Shown here one piece after another: positions 7,701 to 15,611 of a DNA stretch of 21,538 bases. A model generated the notes under the pieces. The model did not search any database, had not been told where the DNA came from, and worked only from the letters and a program-made list of their open reading frames with translations. The position numbers were made by a program, and so were the translations under genes. The stretch is taken from IMG/VR virus record IMGVR_UViG_2740892229_000015, one strand, 5' to 3'. Origin of the DNA: a virus (lineage: Duplodnaviria > Heunggongvirae > Uroviricota > Caudoviricetes). Position 1 is the first letter of the stretch. Every line of letters begins with the position of its first letter.

Positions 7701-8120
7701 CGTGAAACATCCTCCACGCTTATAAGTCCGCTTCGCTCCAGGTAGTCCATCACTTTATCCGGCAATTTGCAGCCCGGTTTCGCTTTCTTCAGTTGACTAA
7801 CCAATTGTTTAACCAGCATTGTCAATTCGCGAACTTGTTTCCCGGGCTCCCCTTTGCCCTGAAGCAGGGCAGCGCGGCAAGCGTTCCATCCCTCAGCATA
7901 TGTTTCAGTTACACCATCGAGATGGCATGTAAGCAAATCCATTTCTTCCGGCACTACGGGCGCTGGAAAAACGGCATAGGGTGGCGTCCATTTTGGCGCT
8001 TTATCTCCAGCCGAACGCTGCTACCAGTCATCCGGTTTGTATTCATAAAAATCACCAACTGGCTCTGCTTCCAGCGATGCCAGCGCAATCCGTGCCAGTT
8101 CCATTTGTTCACCACGGGTA
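7697..8120 (-). pseudogene. Paralogue of the 289-aa prophage protein at 8793-9662, interrupted by an in-frame TAG (8021-8023) and truncated by the contig end; the downstream 85-aa segment is in the ORF track
   Basis: 7981-8120 is nearly identical to 9537-9620; hand translation gives ...EAEPVGDFYEYKPDDW-stop-QRSAGDK...VPEEMDLL. Confidence 0.35.
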
Positions 8121-8171
8121 NNNNNNNNNNTTCATCAGAGGTGGCGAGGGATTTCTCCCCCGCCGGGGCTC

Positions 8172-8327
8172 TTACTCCTCAGGTTCGTAAGCTGTGAAGA
8201 CAGCGACCTCCGTCTGGCCGGTTCGGACTCGTACCTCGCAGAGGTCTTTCCTCGTTACCAGTGCCGTCACTATGACGGTTAAACAGATGACGATCAGGGC
8301 GATTAACATCGCCTTTTGCTGCTTCAT
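8172..8327 (-). CDS. hok: Hok/Gef-family type I toxin (51 aa, MKQQKAMLIALIVICLTVIVTALVTRKDLCEVRVRTGQTEVAVFTAYEPEE), HokD/RelF-like
   Basis: ORF track 8172..8384; internal ATG with AGGAGAAG RBS; single TM helix plus conserved C-terminal Cys, matching the Hok family as I recall it. Confidence 0.8.
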   Translation of the reverse strand: MKQQKAMLIALIVICLTVIVTALVTRKDLCEVRVRTGQTEVAVFTAYEPEE

Positions 8328-8437
8328 AGCCTGCTTCTCCTTGCCTTTCGGCACGTAAGAGGCTAACCTACGTTTGTGAAGCATAGATTGGGCCTCAGAT
8401 TAATGTTAAGCGTCTTGCAGGACGCGTAATGTTAACT

Positions 8438-8543
8438 GGGGCTTTTCTCTGTCTGCCTTACGGTGGCATGCCCGAGGCAGACAGCCTCAAGCACCCGCAG
8501 CAATTCTACTTAACTCTCGCTTTACCGCAAACCGTTTTTACCC
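8438..8543. repeat. Copy 2 of the conserved ~105-bp element (palindrome ctgtctgcc...ggcagacag), here about 110 bp upstream of hok on the hok-coding strand
   Basis: Direct comparison with 7518-7622. Confidence 0.6.
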
Positions 8544-8572
8544 GATATGGGAATTCCCATATCGTAATGAAT

Positions 8573-8677
8573 TCAGTTCCCTAGTCGATCCATCAAAAAC
8601 ACAACCAGGCAGTAAACGCCCACAACAGCAACAACAGCCAGCGCACCTTCCATTGCCAGTGATATATCATCCGACAT
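8573..8677 (-). CDS. Small hydrophobic peptide, 34 aa (MSDDISLAMEGALAVVAVVGVYCLVVFLMDRLGN)
   Basis: Hand translation; strong AGGAGGG RBS. Confidence 0.4.
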   Translation of the reverse strand: MSDDISLAMEGALAVVAVVGVYCLVVFLMDRLGN

Positions 8678-8712
8678 ATTCCCTCCTTTGGTGTTAATCC
8701 CGGCGAACGTTT

Positions 8713-8796
8713 TTACCCCCACCGACAAATAACATATACTAAAAAAGCGATAGCCATAGCAACGCCTGTAATTGCAAATGCTTCAGGCCAGTTCAT
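8713..8796 (-). CDS. Small hydrophobic peptide, 27 aa (MNWPEAFAITGVAMAIAFLVYVICRWG)
   Basis: Hand translation; ATG overlaps the TGA of the upstream 289-aa gene (ATGA); paralogue of 7617-7700. Confidence 0.45.
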   Translation of the reverse strand: MNWPEAFAITGVAMAIAFLVYVICRWG

Positions 8797-9662
8797 TGGC
8801 GCACCTCCTGCGGCGGTTCTGGTAGCGGCATCCAGTGTGACGGTTTCCACGACGCACCAGGAATTATCCACCCATCATTAGCGTCAGGATGACCCGGGAT
8901 GTAAGTCGCCCATTTCATTCGCCAGTCACCTTTCCTGTCAAACTCCACGGCAACAAGAACGGCTGTTTTGGTATCCGGCATTCGCTCACTACAGCTTATC
9001 CAACTATCCGGAGTTACCGGATAGTTGCCCGATAGTGCATTCTGCTCCAGTGATGCTTTTACAAACCACGCTGCCTGAACTATAACGCCATGAATCCAGC
9101 GCAAATCAGCATCGCGATCTTTCTTTTTCATCTTTTCGCCACTTAAGGCCTTGCTTATGTGGCTGCGTACCAGGTCTTCATGTAATTCCTTCGCCTCCTC
9201 AATGGTGAAACCACCAGGCAGAAGAGCCGGAGTTACCGGAGAGCTGGTTGACGCTTCCGGGATTTTCCGAAAATTATTGGTTGACGAATCTTTATTTTCC
9301 CGAAAGTTTCCGGACTGAAGCATGGCTTCGCGGCAATCGTTCCAGCCTGTAGCGTATGCAGCCGCTTTGCTGCTGCCTTCAACTGGCGCATCCTGCCAAT
9401 ACATTTCTTCCGGCACTATCGGCGCTGGAGGGGCGGCAAATAGATATCCGCCAAAGTCAGGAAGCTCTCTAATGGCCTGTACGAATTTTTGTTTGCCTAC
9501 GTCAACCCCTAATGGGTAATGAGCTATAATCTTTGCCACCGGCTCTGCTTCCAGCGATGCCAGCGCAATCCGTGCCAGTTCCATTTGTTCACCACGGGTA
9601 AGCCCGTTTTCAACCGGATTTTTAATGAACAATTCAATACGTTCTTTGGTAATAGTGGTCAT
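8793..9662 (-). CDS. Prophage early-region protein with a C-terminal DUF551-like domain (289 aa)
   Basis: ORF track; AAGGAG RBS; C-terminal W..CSERMPD...W..SHWMPLPEPP motif typical of phage DUF551 proteins (from memory). Confidence 0.75.
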   Translation of the reverse strand: MTTITKERIELFIKNPVENGLTRGEQMELARIALASLEAEPVAKIIAHYPLGVDVGKQKFVQAIRELPDFGGYLFAAPPAPIVPEEMYWQDAPVEGSSKAAAYATGWNDCREAMLQSGNFRENKDSSTNNFRKIPEASTSSPVTPALLPGGFTIEEAKELHEDLVRSHISKALSGEKMKKKDRDADLRWIHGVIVQAAWFVKASLEQNALSGNYPVTPDSWISCSERMPDTKTAVLVAVEFDRKGDWRMKWATYIPGHPDANDGWIIPGASWKPSHWMPLPEPPQEVRQ

Positions 9663-9672
9663 GTGTTACTCC

Positions 9673-9936
9673 TTAACCCGCAGTGCTTTCAACTGATGAG
9701 GGGAACAAAATCTTTTCATCAAACCCTGCATTCATATCATGAACAGCAACACACCAATCCATCGACGAACGATTATCAAGAGCCTCCATGATTTCATCCA
9801 TGCGGCGTAGGTCATACAGGTAAATGCTTTTATCGCCAATGGTGTAAAAGCCAATTTTTTTCGGTGATGGACAGCGATCAAGAACTTCCTGTAATTCGTT
9901 CAACCATGCCCGTTCTTTTTTTGTCAAAGTTGCCAT
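9673..9936 (-). CDS. Hypothetical prophage protein (87 aa from MATLTKKERAWL)
   Basis: ORF track 9673..10026; internal ATG with AAGGAAAA RBS. Confidence 0.55.
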   Translation of the reverse strand: MATLTKKERAWLNELQEVLDRCPSPKKIGFYTIGDKSIYLYDLRRMDEIMEALDNRSSMDWCVAVHDMNAGFDEKILFPSSVESTAG

Positions 9937-9937
9937 A

Positions 9938-10156
9938 TCAGTTTTCCTTATACGGATTAATTTTATTGTGCAGTGTGTTGAACGACGCCCATACAACGTC
10001 GGTATACAATTCAGTAACTGGCTCAATTATTTTCCCGATTGCCCAGACAAAAATTAGAGGGGATATCGGTATCATCAATACGATAAACAGAATGAGAAAC
10101 AAAAATTCTGTCGCCCTACTTTTTTGCGGATATTCTTTTCTGAATAATGTAGTCAT
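9938..10156 (-). CDS. Small predicted membrane protein (72 aa)
   Basis: ORF track; hydrophobic core FLFLILFIVLMIPISPLIFVWAIG; tightly packed with neighbours. Confidence 0.5.
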   Translation of the reverse strand: MTTLFRKEYPQKSRATEFLFLILFIVLMIPISPLIFVWAIGKIIEPVTELYTDVVWASFNTLHNKINPYKEN

Positions 10157-10188
10157 TTCTTACCGCCCTTTCGGGCGGCCTCCCGACA

Positions 10189-10401
10189 TTAATCGTTGTG
10201 GTAACTCATGGCTTCATTTGCAGCATCAACCGGATCAACCTCCCACCAGCAATAATTTGGTGCGTTTCCTTCAGGTGTCCACGGTTCTAATTCATTTTTT
10301 GCCACATTCCCATCGCCAGTAATTTTAAAAATCTGCTCAGAGAATTTTCTTGCCCACTCGTTATATTTTTCCGCATTAATGGCTTTCTGTGTATTTAACA
10401 T
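10189..10401 (-). CDS. Hypothetical prophage protein (70 aa)
   Basis: ORF track; GGAGG RBS upstream of the ATG. Confidence 0.55.
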   Translation of the reverse strand: MLNTQKAINAEKYNEWARKFSEQIFKITGDGNVAKNELEPWTPEGNAPNYCWWEVDPVDAANEAMSYHND

Positions 10402-10506
10402 AAATATACCTCCAGTTAAGGATTAAATTTTATTTACAGTGCTGAACTTAATTATTCAGATTTGGATTATGCTTTCTCTTCACGAAGTTCCGATTGTTAA
10501 TTTGGC

Positions 10507-10783
10507 TCACAACAGCACCTTCTGAAAATTACCCTGATAGAAAGCCAGTACACGCTGCATAGCTTCGCTCTTCCGGCACTCGCTACAGATTATGTTCAGA
10601 CGCCTGTCGTAGCGGCGTATTTCTCCGTCTGGTAATGACCAGATAAGATCCGGATCAACCACAGATGGTTTCTTCACCTTTGCCCTAGATAGTTTTTTGC
10701 GGGCATTTTGCCAGTCCTTACGAGCCTGTTCAGACGGGAATAACCCGTAACCAGAGTTGTATACATCGCCACTGGCAACCAGC
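10507..10783 (-). CDS. C-terminal fragment of a prophage gene truncated by the N run (...DGEIRRYDRRLNIICSECRKSEAMQRVLAFYQGNFQKVLL-stop)
   Basis: Hand translation of the minus strand, open to the contig end; a paralogous copy lies at 12677-12953. Confidence 0.5.
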
Positions 10784-10793
10784 NNNNNNNNNN

Positions 10794-11278
10794 GTTCATT
10801 TCCTACAGATCTCAGTGATATTTCTGTTGGTCTATATTCTCAACCTCGAATCGAGTGGATTTTATGGCAGAGTTTAATGAATAGAAAAGAACTTGCCAGA
10901 AATGTGATTTATAGTGATTATGGAGTACAGCACCCCGACTTTAATAGGCTTTCGACGCGATTCCCTAGCGTATCTGCCAGCGTCAGATACTCTGGAGATA
11001 ATGACTTTTGGGTATTTCGAGGAAGAGTAGCTAATCGCTTTGGTTATGAACAATATGGTAAACATAGTGAGGATATTCTTGCTCATCGAGAATATTCAGG
11101 GCCTACATTCTGTGCGGGAGATAGAGACATAGAATATTATGCAAACGAGTATCAAGCCTACAAAGCCAATCCCTCTGGTAACTATAAATTTGGTAGCCCA
11201 GAGGTATGGCGTAGGATTGGGCAAAACCATCACATAACTAAGGTTGTTGAGCAACTCGCCACTCTTTACGGGCTTTAA
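10794..11278 (+). CDS. Partial or complete CDS of unknown function: frame is open from the contig start, with a possible internal ATG at 10877 (133 aa); convergent with the nuclease-like gene
   Basis: ORF track 10757..11278 (its N-terminus spans the N run and is artefactual); AT-rich. Confidence 0.35.
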
Positions 11279-11816
11279 GTTTAACTCGAACAGCTTCACG
11301 AAGCTCGCCAACATCCATACTATTGGCGAGTTTTGACCATAAGACGCGTTTAGGTTTATTTTTCAAATTCTGTAGCTCCCCTACATCACTTAATAGGGAA
11401 AGCAATTCATCTTTCCAAAGAAGCATTGTTAAGGAAAGTTTGTCCACTTGTGGATTCAACTTGCTAGTTCGAATTGTTTTTAAATGGATACCTTGCCGTG
11501 CACCTTGCGTAACTTGCTTTATCCCCCACCATGATGGAACTATGCTTAAAGCATCATAAAGATGGCAATCAGAGACAACCAAAGTTACTTTATCCATCAC
11601 TGATGAGTAATGTTGCACCTGCGCTGGTAATCTGAGCAAGTTATCACTCTTGCTCTTCAACTCATAACCATGTATAAGCCCATTGATCACTGCTATATCA
11701 GCTCTGCTAGCCCCTAGATTCATCGTAAACTCATCAATGATTAGGGTGTCAGGATCTTTATGATGATCTCTCAGAATCTTGGCATGCACAGCCTTTCTTA
11801 CATCAATGTCTCTCAT
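11238..11816 (-). CDS. PD-(D/E)xK nuclease-like protein (192 aa); resembles what I recall as the sce7726 family
   Basis: ORF track; candidate D...ExK motif in SRADIAVINGLIHGYELKSKSD; AT-rich; family name is from memory, not a search. Confidence 0.6.
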   Translation of the reverse strand: MRDIDVRKAVHAKILRDHHKDPDTLIIDEFTMNLGASRADIAVINGLIHGYELKSKSDNLLRLPAQVQHYSSVMDKVTLVVSDCHLYDALSIVPSWWGIKQVTQGARQGIHLKTIRTSKLNPQVDKLSLTMLLWKDELLSLLSDVGELQNLKNKPKRVLWSKLANSMDVGELREAVRVKLKARKEWRVAQQP

Positions 11817-12121
11817 ACCATAGTTGCGCTTTCATCGACTCTCTCAAGCCATGATTCTATATCATGGTTCGCATGAATGCCATTTGATATGACCAGTGGT
11901 TAAACATTGCACAGAAAAGTGGATGTGTATTTTAACAAAAGCAATGACGGCTAACCATGTTGGTATGTCGATAAAATGTTTCAACGTAAGCATTATCTGT
12001 TCCGCCCTTTCAGACGGCCTCCTGATGTTCTGAGGGTGCAGAATCCCTCCGGTTAAGGATTTAATAAAAATCGTTTCTGATTTAAATCTTCAGTATTTAG
12101 TTGTTAGTCGGTTTATAGCCT

Positions 12122-12433
12122 TTATGCTTCGGCCTTATTTCTCAGCCATACACAAACCGGGCCATCTTCGGTGTCATGTATTGAACCAATAAACCATCCA
12201 TTGCCCTCTGGTCGTTCCGGTTCCCATGCAGAAATATCAGCATCACACGCATCAAGGTCAGCACATCCTTCATCTCTGAAGCAGAGGACGTATTGAAGAT
12301 TATTTTCCTCCATCCAGGCGTTAAACTCTTCCGTTGAAATATATTCCCGACCGTCACAGAATTTTTCATATTCAGGATGCGTCCAGCAGCCATATTCATC
12401 ACGTACTACTGGTATTTCTTTAATTTCATTCAT
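12122..12433 (-). CDS. Hypothetical prophage protein (103 aa)
   Basis: ORF track; GGGAGAA RBS. Confidence 0.55.
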   Translation of the reverse strand: MNEIKEIPVVRDEYGCWTHPEYEKFCDGREYISTEEFNAWMEENNLQYVLCFRDEGCADLDACDADISAWEPERPEGNGWFIGSIHDTEDGPVCVWLRNKAEA

Positions 12434-12680
12434 TTCTGTTCTCCCACGTTTTCAGACTTTCACCACAGAACGGACAAAATGAAACCCGAACTGGTAATTT
12501 AGAAAATTCACCGGAACGCAACATCACAAAATCAGGACCGCGAGTTAAACTCTCATTCCAGATTTTGTATATCAGCAGACCTTTTCGCATCGTGTATTCA
12601 GCATCATGCTCAAGGGACTTTGCCAGTGCTGCACATGGTTCTATCTTGTTGCCATTAACCTGGCATTTTGATTCACTCAC
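12426..12680 (-). CDS. Hypothetical small Cys-containing prophage protein (84 aa, GTG start; C..C....FCPFC zinc-ribbon-like)
   Basis: ORF track; GGAGGTGG RBS; start overlaps the stop of the upstream gene (GTGA). Confidence 0.5.
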   Translation of the reverse strand: MSESKCQVNGNKIEPCAALAKSLEHDAEYTMRKGLLIYKIWNESLTRGPDFVMLRSGEFSKLPVRVSFCPFCGESLKTWENRNE

Positions 12681-12953
12681 CGCACCACCTCCTCAAAATT
12701 CCCCTGATAAAACGCCAGTACGCGCTGCATAACTTCGCTCTTCCGGCACTCGAGACAGATTATGTTCAGACGCCTGTCGTAGCGACGTATTTCTCCGTCA
12801 GGTAATGACCAGATAAGGTCCGGATCAACCGCAGATGGTTTCTTCAGCTTTGCCCTTGAGAGCTTTTTACGGGTATTTTGCCAGTCCTTACGCGCCTGTT
12901 CAGACGGGAATAACCCGTAACCAGAGTTGTATACATCGCCACTGGCAACCAGC
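12677..12953 (-). CDS. C-terminal fragment of the paralogue of the 10507-10783 gene, truncated by the N run
   Basis: Near-identical DNA to 10507-10783 with scattered substitutions. Confidence 0.5.
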
Positions 12954-12963
12954 NNNNNNNNNN

Positions 12964-13670
12964 GAACCGCCCCGGAAATCCTGGAGACTAAACTCCCTGA
13001 GAAAGAGGTAAACAGGATGACTAAAAATACTCGTTTTTCCCCCGAAGTCCGTCAGCGGGCGATTCGTATGGTTCTGGAAAGTCAGGATGAATATGACTCA
13101 CAGTGGGCGGCAATTTGTTCCATTGCCCCAAAGATTGGCTGTACGCCGGAGACTCTGCGTGTCTGGGTTCGCCAGCATGAGCGGGATACCGGGAGTGGTG
13201 ATGGTGGACTCACCACCGCTGAACGTCAGCGTCTGAAAGAGCTGGAACGTGAAAATCGTGAACTGCGCCGCAGTAACGATATCCTTCGCCAGGCTTCCGC
13301 TTATTTTGCGAAGGCGGAGTTCGACCGCCTCTGGAAAAAATAATGCCTCTGCTGGATAAGCTGCGTGAGCAGTACGGGGTCGGACCGGTATGCAGTGAAC
13401 TGCATATTGCCCCGTCAACGTATTACCACTGTCAGCAACAGCGACATCATCCTGATAAACGCAGTGCCCGTGCGCAGCGCGATGACTGGCTGAAGAGAGA
13501 GATACAGCGCGTATACGATGAAAATCATCAGGTATACGGTGTGCGTAAAGTCTGGCGCCAGTTGTTACGCGAAGGTATCAGGGTGGCCAGATGTACAGTG
13601 GCGCGCCTCATGGCGGTTATGGGACTTGCCGGTGCTCTCCGGGGTAAAAAGGTCCGTACTACCGTCAGCC
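12964..13670 (+). mobile_element. IS3-family insertion sequence, left part only (IRL, orfA, first ~110 codons of orfB); homology to the other copy ends at ~13670
   Basis: Terminal repeat gaaccgccccgg at the contig start; orfA/orfB in -1 frame arrangement; transposase resembles IS629/IS3411-type as I recall. Confidence 0.8.
13017..13343 (+). CDS. IS3-family transposase OrfA (HTH, 108 aa)
   Basis: ORF track (its N-terminal residues spanning the N run are artefactual); GAGG RBS; leucine-zipper-like C-terminus. Confidence 0.9.
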   Translation: MTKNTRFSPEVRQRAIRMVLESQDEYDSQWAAICSIAPKIGCTPETLRVWVRQHERDTGSGDGGLTTAERQRLKELERENRELRRSNDILRQASAYFAKAEFDRLWKK

Positions 13671-13690
13671 GATTTACGGGCCGTAAGTAA
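13343..13690 (+). pseudogene. IS3-family transposase OrfB, truncated: diverges from the intact copy after ...KKVRTTVSR and stops 5 codons later
   Basis: Comparison with 13972-14854. Confidence 0.7.
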
Positions 13691-13971
13691 CGAAGTTGGA
13701 TGCAAATGTCAGATCGTGTGCGCCTGTTATGGCTCGGCTGGTAAGAGAGCCTTATAGGCGCATTTGAAAAAACTCCAGCTATACCGGAAGATATTTATTA
13801 TTAACAGGAGAGGTTTGCTTTTCTGTGTAGGTTTAGATTTTGTGTTTGCAGGGTAAACAAAACTGATTAACTCGTCATTTCGGTAACTGAAATAGTTTGC
13901 TGTTGGATTTGCCCCTATATTTCCAGACATCTGTTATCACTTAACCCATTACAAGCCCGCTNNNNNNNNNN

Positions 13972-14854
13972 ACTGCTGGATAAGCTGCGTGAGCAGTACG
14001 GGGTCGGACCGGTATGCAGCGAACTGCATATTGCCCCGTCAACGTATTACCATTGTCAGCAACAGCGACATCATCCGGATAAACGCAGTGCCCGTGCGCA
14101 GCACGATGACTGGCTGAAGAAAGAGATACAGCGCGTATACGATGAAAATCACCAGGTATACGGTGTGCGTAAAGTCTGGCGTCAGTTGTTACGGGAAGGT
14201 ATCAGAGTGGCCAGATGCACTGTGGCACGTCTCATGGCAGTTATGGGACTTGCCGGTGTTCTCCGGGGTAAAAAGGTCCGCACTACCGTCAGCCGGAAAG
14301 CCGTTGCCGCATGCGACCGCGTAAACCGTCAGTTCGTGGCAGAACGTCCAGACCAGTTGTGGGTGGCTGATTTTACCTGGGTAAGCACATGGCAGGGCTT
14401 CGTTTATGTGGCGTTCATCATTGATGTGTTCGCCGGATACATCGTGGGATGGCAGGTCTCATCATCCATGGAAACAACATTCGTGCTGGATGCACTGGAG
14501 CAGGCGTTGTGGGCCCGTCGGCCGTCCGGCACAATCCATCACAGTGATAAAGGTTCTCAGTATGTATCGCTGGCCTACACGCAGCGGCTTAAGGAAGCCG
14601 GATTACTGGCATCAACAGGGAGTACTGGCGACTCGTATGACAACGCGATGGCTGAGAGCATCAATGGTCTTTACAAAGCGGAGGTAATACACCGTAAGAG
14701 CTGGAAAAACCGGACAGAAGTGGAACTGGCCACACTAACGTGGGTGGACTGGTATAACAATCGACGATTGCTGGAAAGGCTGGGCCATATTCCTCCGGCA
14801 GAAGCAGAAAAAGCTTATTATGCTTCCATCGGAAATAATGATCTGGCAGCCTGA
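13972..14854 (+). CDS. IS3-family transposase OrfB (DDE integrase core), 5' end lost in the N run
   Basis: ORF track 14165..14854 plus open frame back to the contig start. Confidence 0.85.
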
Positions 14855-14896
14855 GTTCACAGATAAAACACTCTCCAGGAAACCCGGGGCGGTTCA
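13972..14896 (+). mobile_element. IS3-family insertion sequence, right part (orfB from codon ~2 to the right inverted repeat ending ...ccggggcggttca at 14896); a second, diverged copy
   Basis: IRR is the reverse complement of the IRL at 12964; several nucleotide differences from the copy at 13343-13670. Confidence 0.85.
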
Positions 14897-15053
14897 CAGT
14901 TTTATCAACGACGCCATTTCTTTTGAGTTCCCACAGCTCGTTGACAGCCTCTTCACGACTGATTCCAAGGCTGGCCGCCACTACCTGTGAAGAGGCTCTT
15001 TTCAGTGCTTTCAGTGCGTCAAATACGGTTTCCATTAATATTTCCTCCGACAA
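14897..15053 (-). CDS. 5' part (52 codons) of a small prophage gene ([51 protein letters not shown]...) whose reading frame runs into the IS end; probably IS-disrupted
   Basis: ORF 14661..15053 crosses the IS right end at 14896. Confidence 0.35.
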
Positions 15054-15068
15054 AATCGTTTCTCAGAT

Positions 15069-15611
15069 TCAAATAAAACCAGCTGCCTTCCGGCGTTCGT
15101 ATTCCTGTTTCAGCCGCTCAATTGGCGTTGGCCCTTGCGGGTGTTTCGCCCCTTCCAGTTGTCGTCGCACTGGCGGAACACTCATCCCGTTACCAACATG
15201 CTTTGCCCATTTCGTCAGTTGCCGTTCCGCAAGTCGTTTTAACTCACCCTGCGTCATCTGGCGCTCAATCCCTCTGGTACGCATTTCGAGGCAGATGTGG
15301 TACAGCACAGGCTGTGGCCACGGGTATTTATCACTCCCGTCGTATCGCCAGGATTCATTGCGCCAGCGCCGGTACTCTTCCATCACTGCATCCACCGTAA
15401 GACCAAATGGATTTGCCCCACTCTCCGAAATCAGTGCAACAAACTCAGCCAGGTCCGGGGGCCACGTTTCACCCGCCCGGCAGCGGTCCATGCACTGACG
15501 GCAGACCAGCCGGATTTGCTGTTCAGTCATCGCGCCAATCTGGGCAATCCAGAGCTTCGAAGGTGCGGCCCCGTTCTTCTGTGTCCAGCGGTTCGAATAC
15601 ACCTCCCCCAT
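15069..15611 (-). CDS. Lambda P-like replication protein (helicase loader); start uncertain, longest ORF begins at 15731
   Basis: ORF track; collinear similarity to lambda P as I recall it (FLPSPGQFVAW vs TWPPDLAEFVAL, YPWKSNAHYW vs YPWPQPVLYH). Confidence 0.65.
   Translation of the reverse strand: MGEVYSNRWTQKNGAAPSKLWIAQIGAMTEQQIRLVCRQCMDRCRAGETWPPDLAEFVALISESGANPFGLTVDAVMEEYRRWRNESWRYDGSDKYPWPQPVLYHICLEMRTRGIERQMTQGELKRLAERQLTKWAKHVGNGMSVPPVRRQLEGAKHPQGPTPIERLKQEYERRKAAGFI

Noticed and set aside
7793-8197. ORFs 7793..8197 and 7981..8190 (+)
   Set aside because: Span the N run at 8121-8130 and are antisense to the prophage gene paralogue.
9322-10322. ORFs 9322..9519, 9519..9791, 9864..10322 (+)
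   Set aside because: Antisense to a tightly packed minus-strand gene array; no RBS.
10757-10793. N-terminal part of ORF 10757..11278 (MYTSPLATS...)
   Set aside because: The first residues come from before the N run and belong to the antisense of another gene; only the part from 10794 onward is considered.
10874-11559. ORFs 10874..11086 (-), 11096..11314 (-), 11323..11559 (+)
   Set aside because: Overlap the two better-supported convergent genes in other frames or orientations; AT-rich spurious frames.
12142-12402. ORF 12142..12402 (-), 86 aa
   Set aside because: Alternative frame entirely inside the 103-aa gene, which has the RBS and sensible composition.
12927-13016. N-terminal extension of the IS orfA ORF across the N run
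   Set aside because: Crosses the N run; the true OrfA start is the ATG at 13017 with an upstream RBS.
13098-14687. ORFs 13098..13418 (-), 13518..13757 (+), 13727..13930 (-), 14142..14324 (+), 14406..14687 (+)
   Set aside because: Alternative frames inside the IS transposase genes or in the unrelated AT-rich flank, with no start signals.
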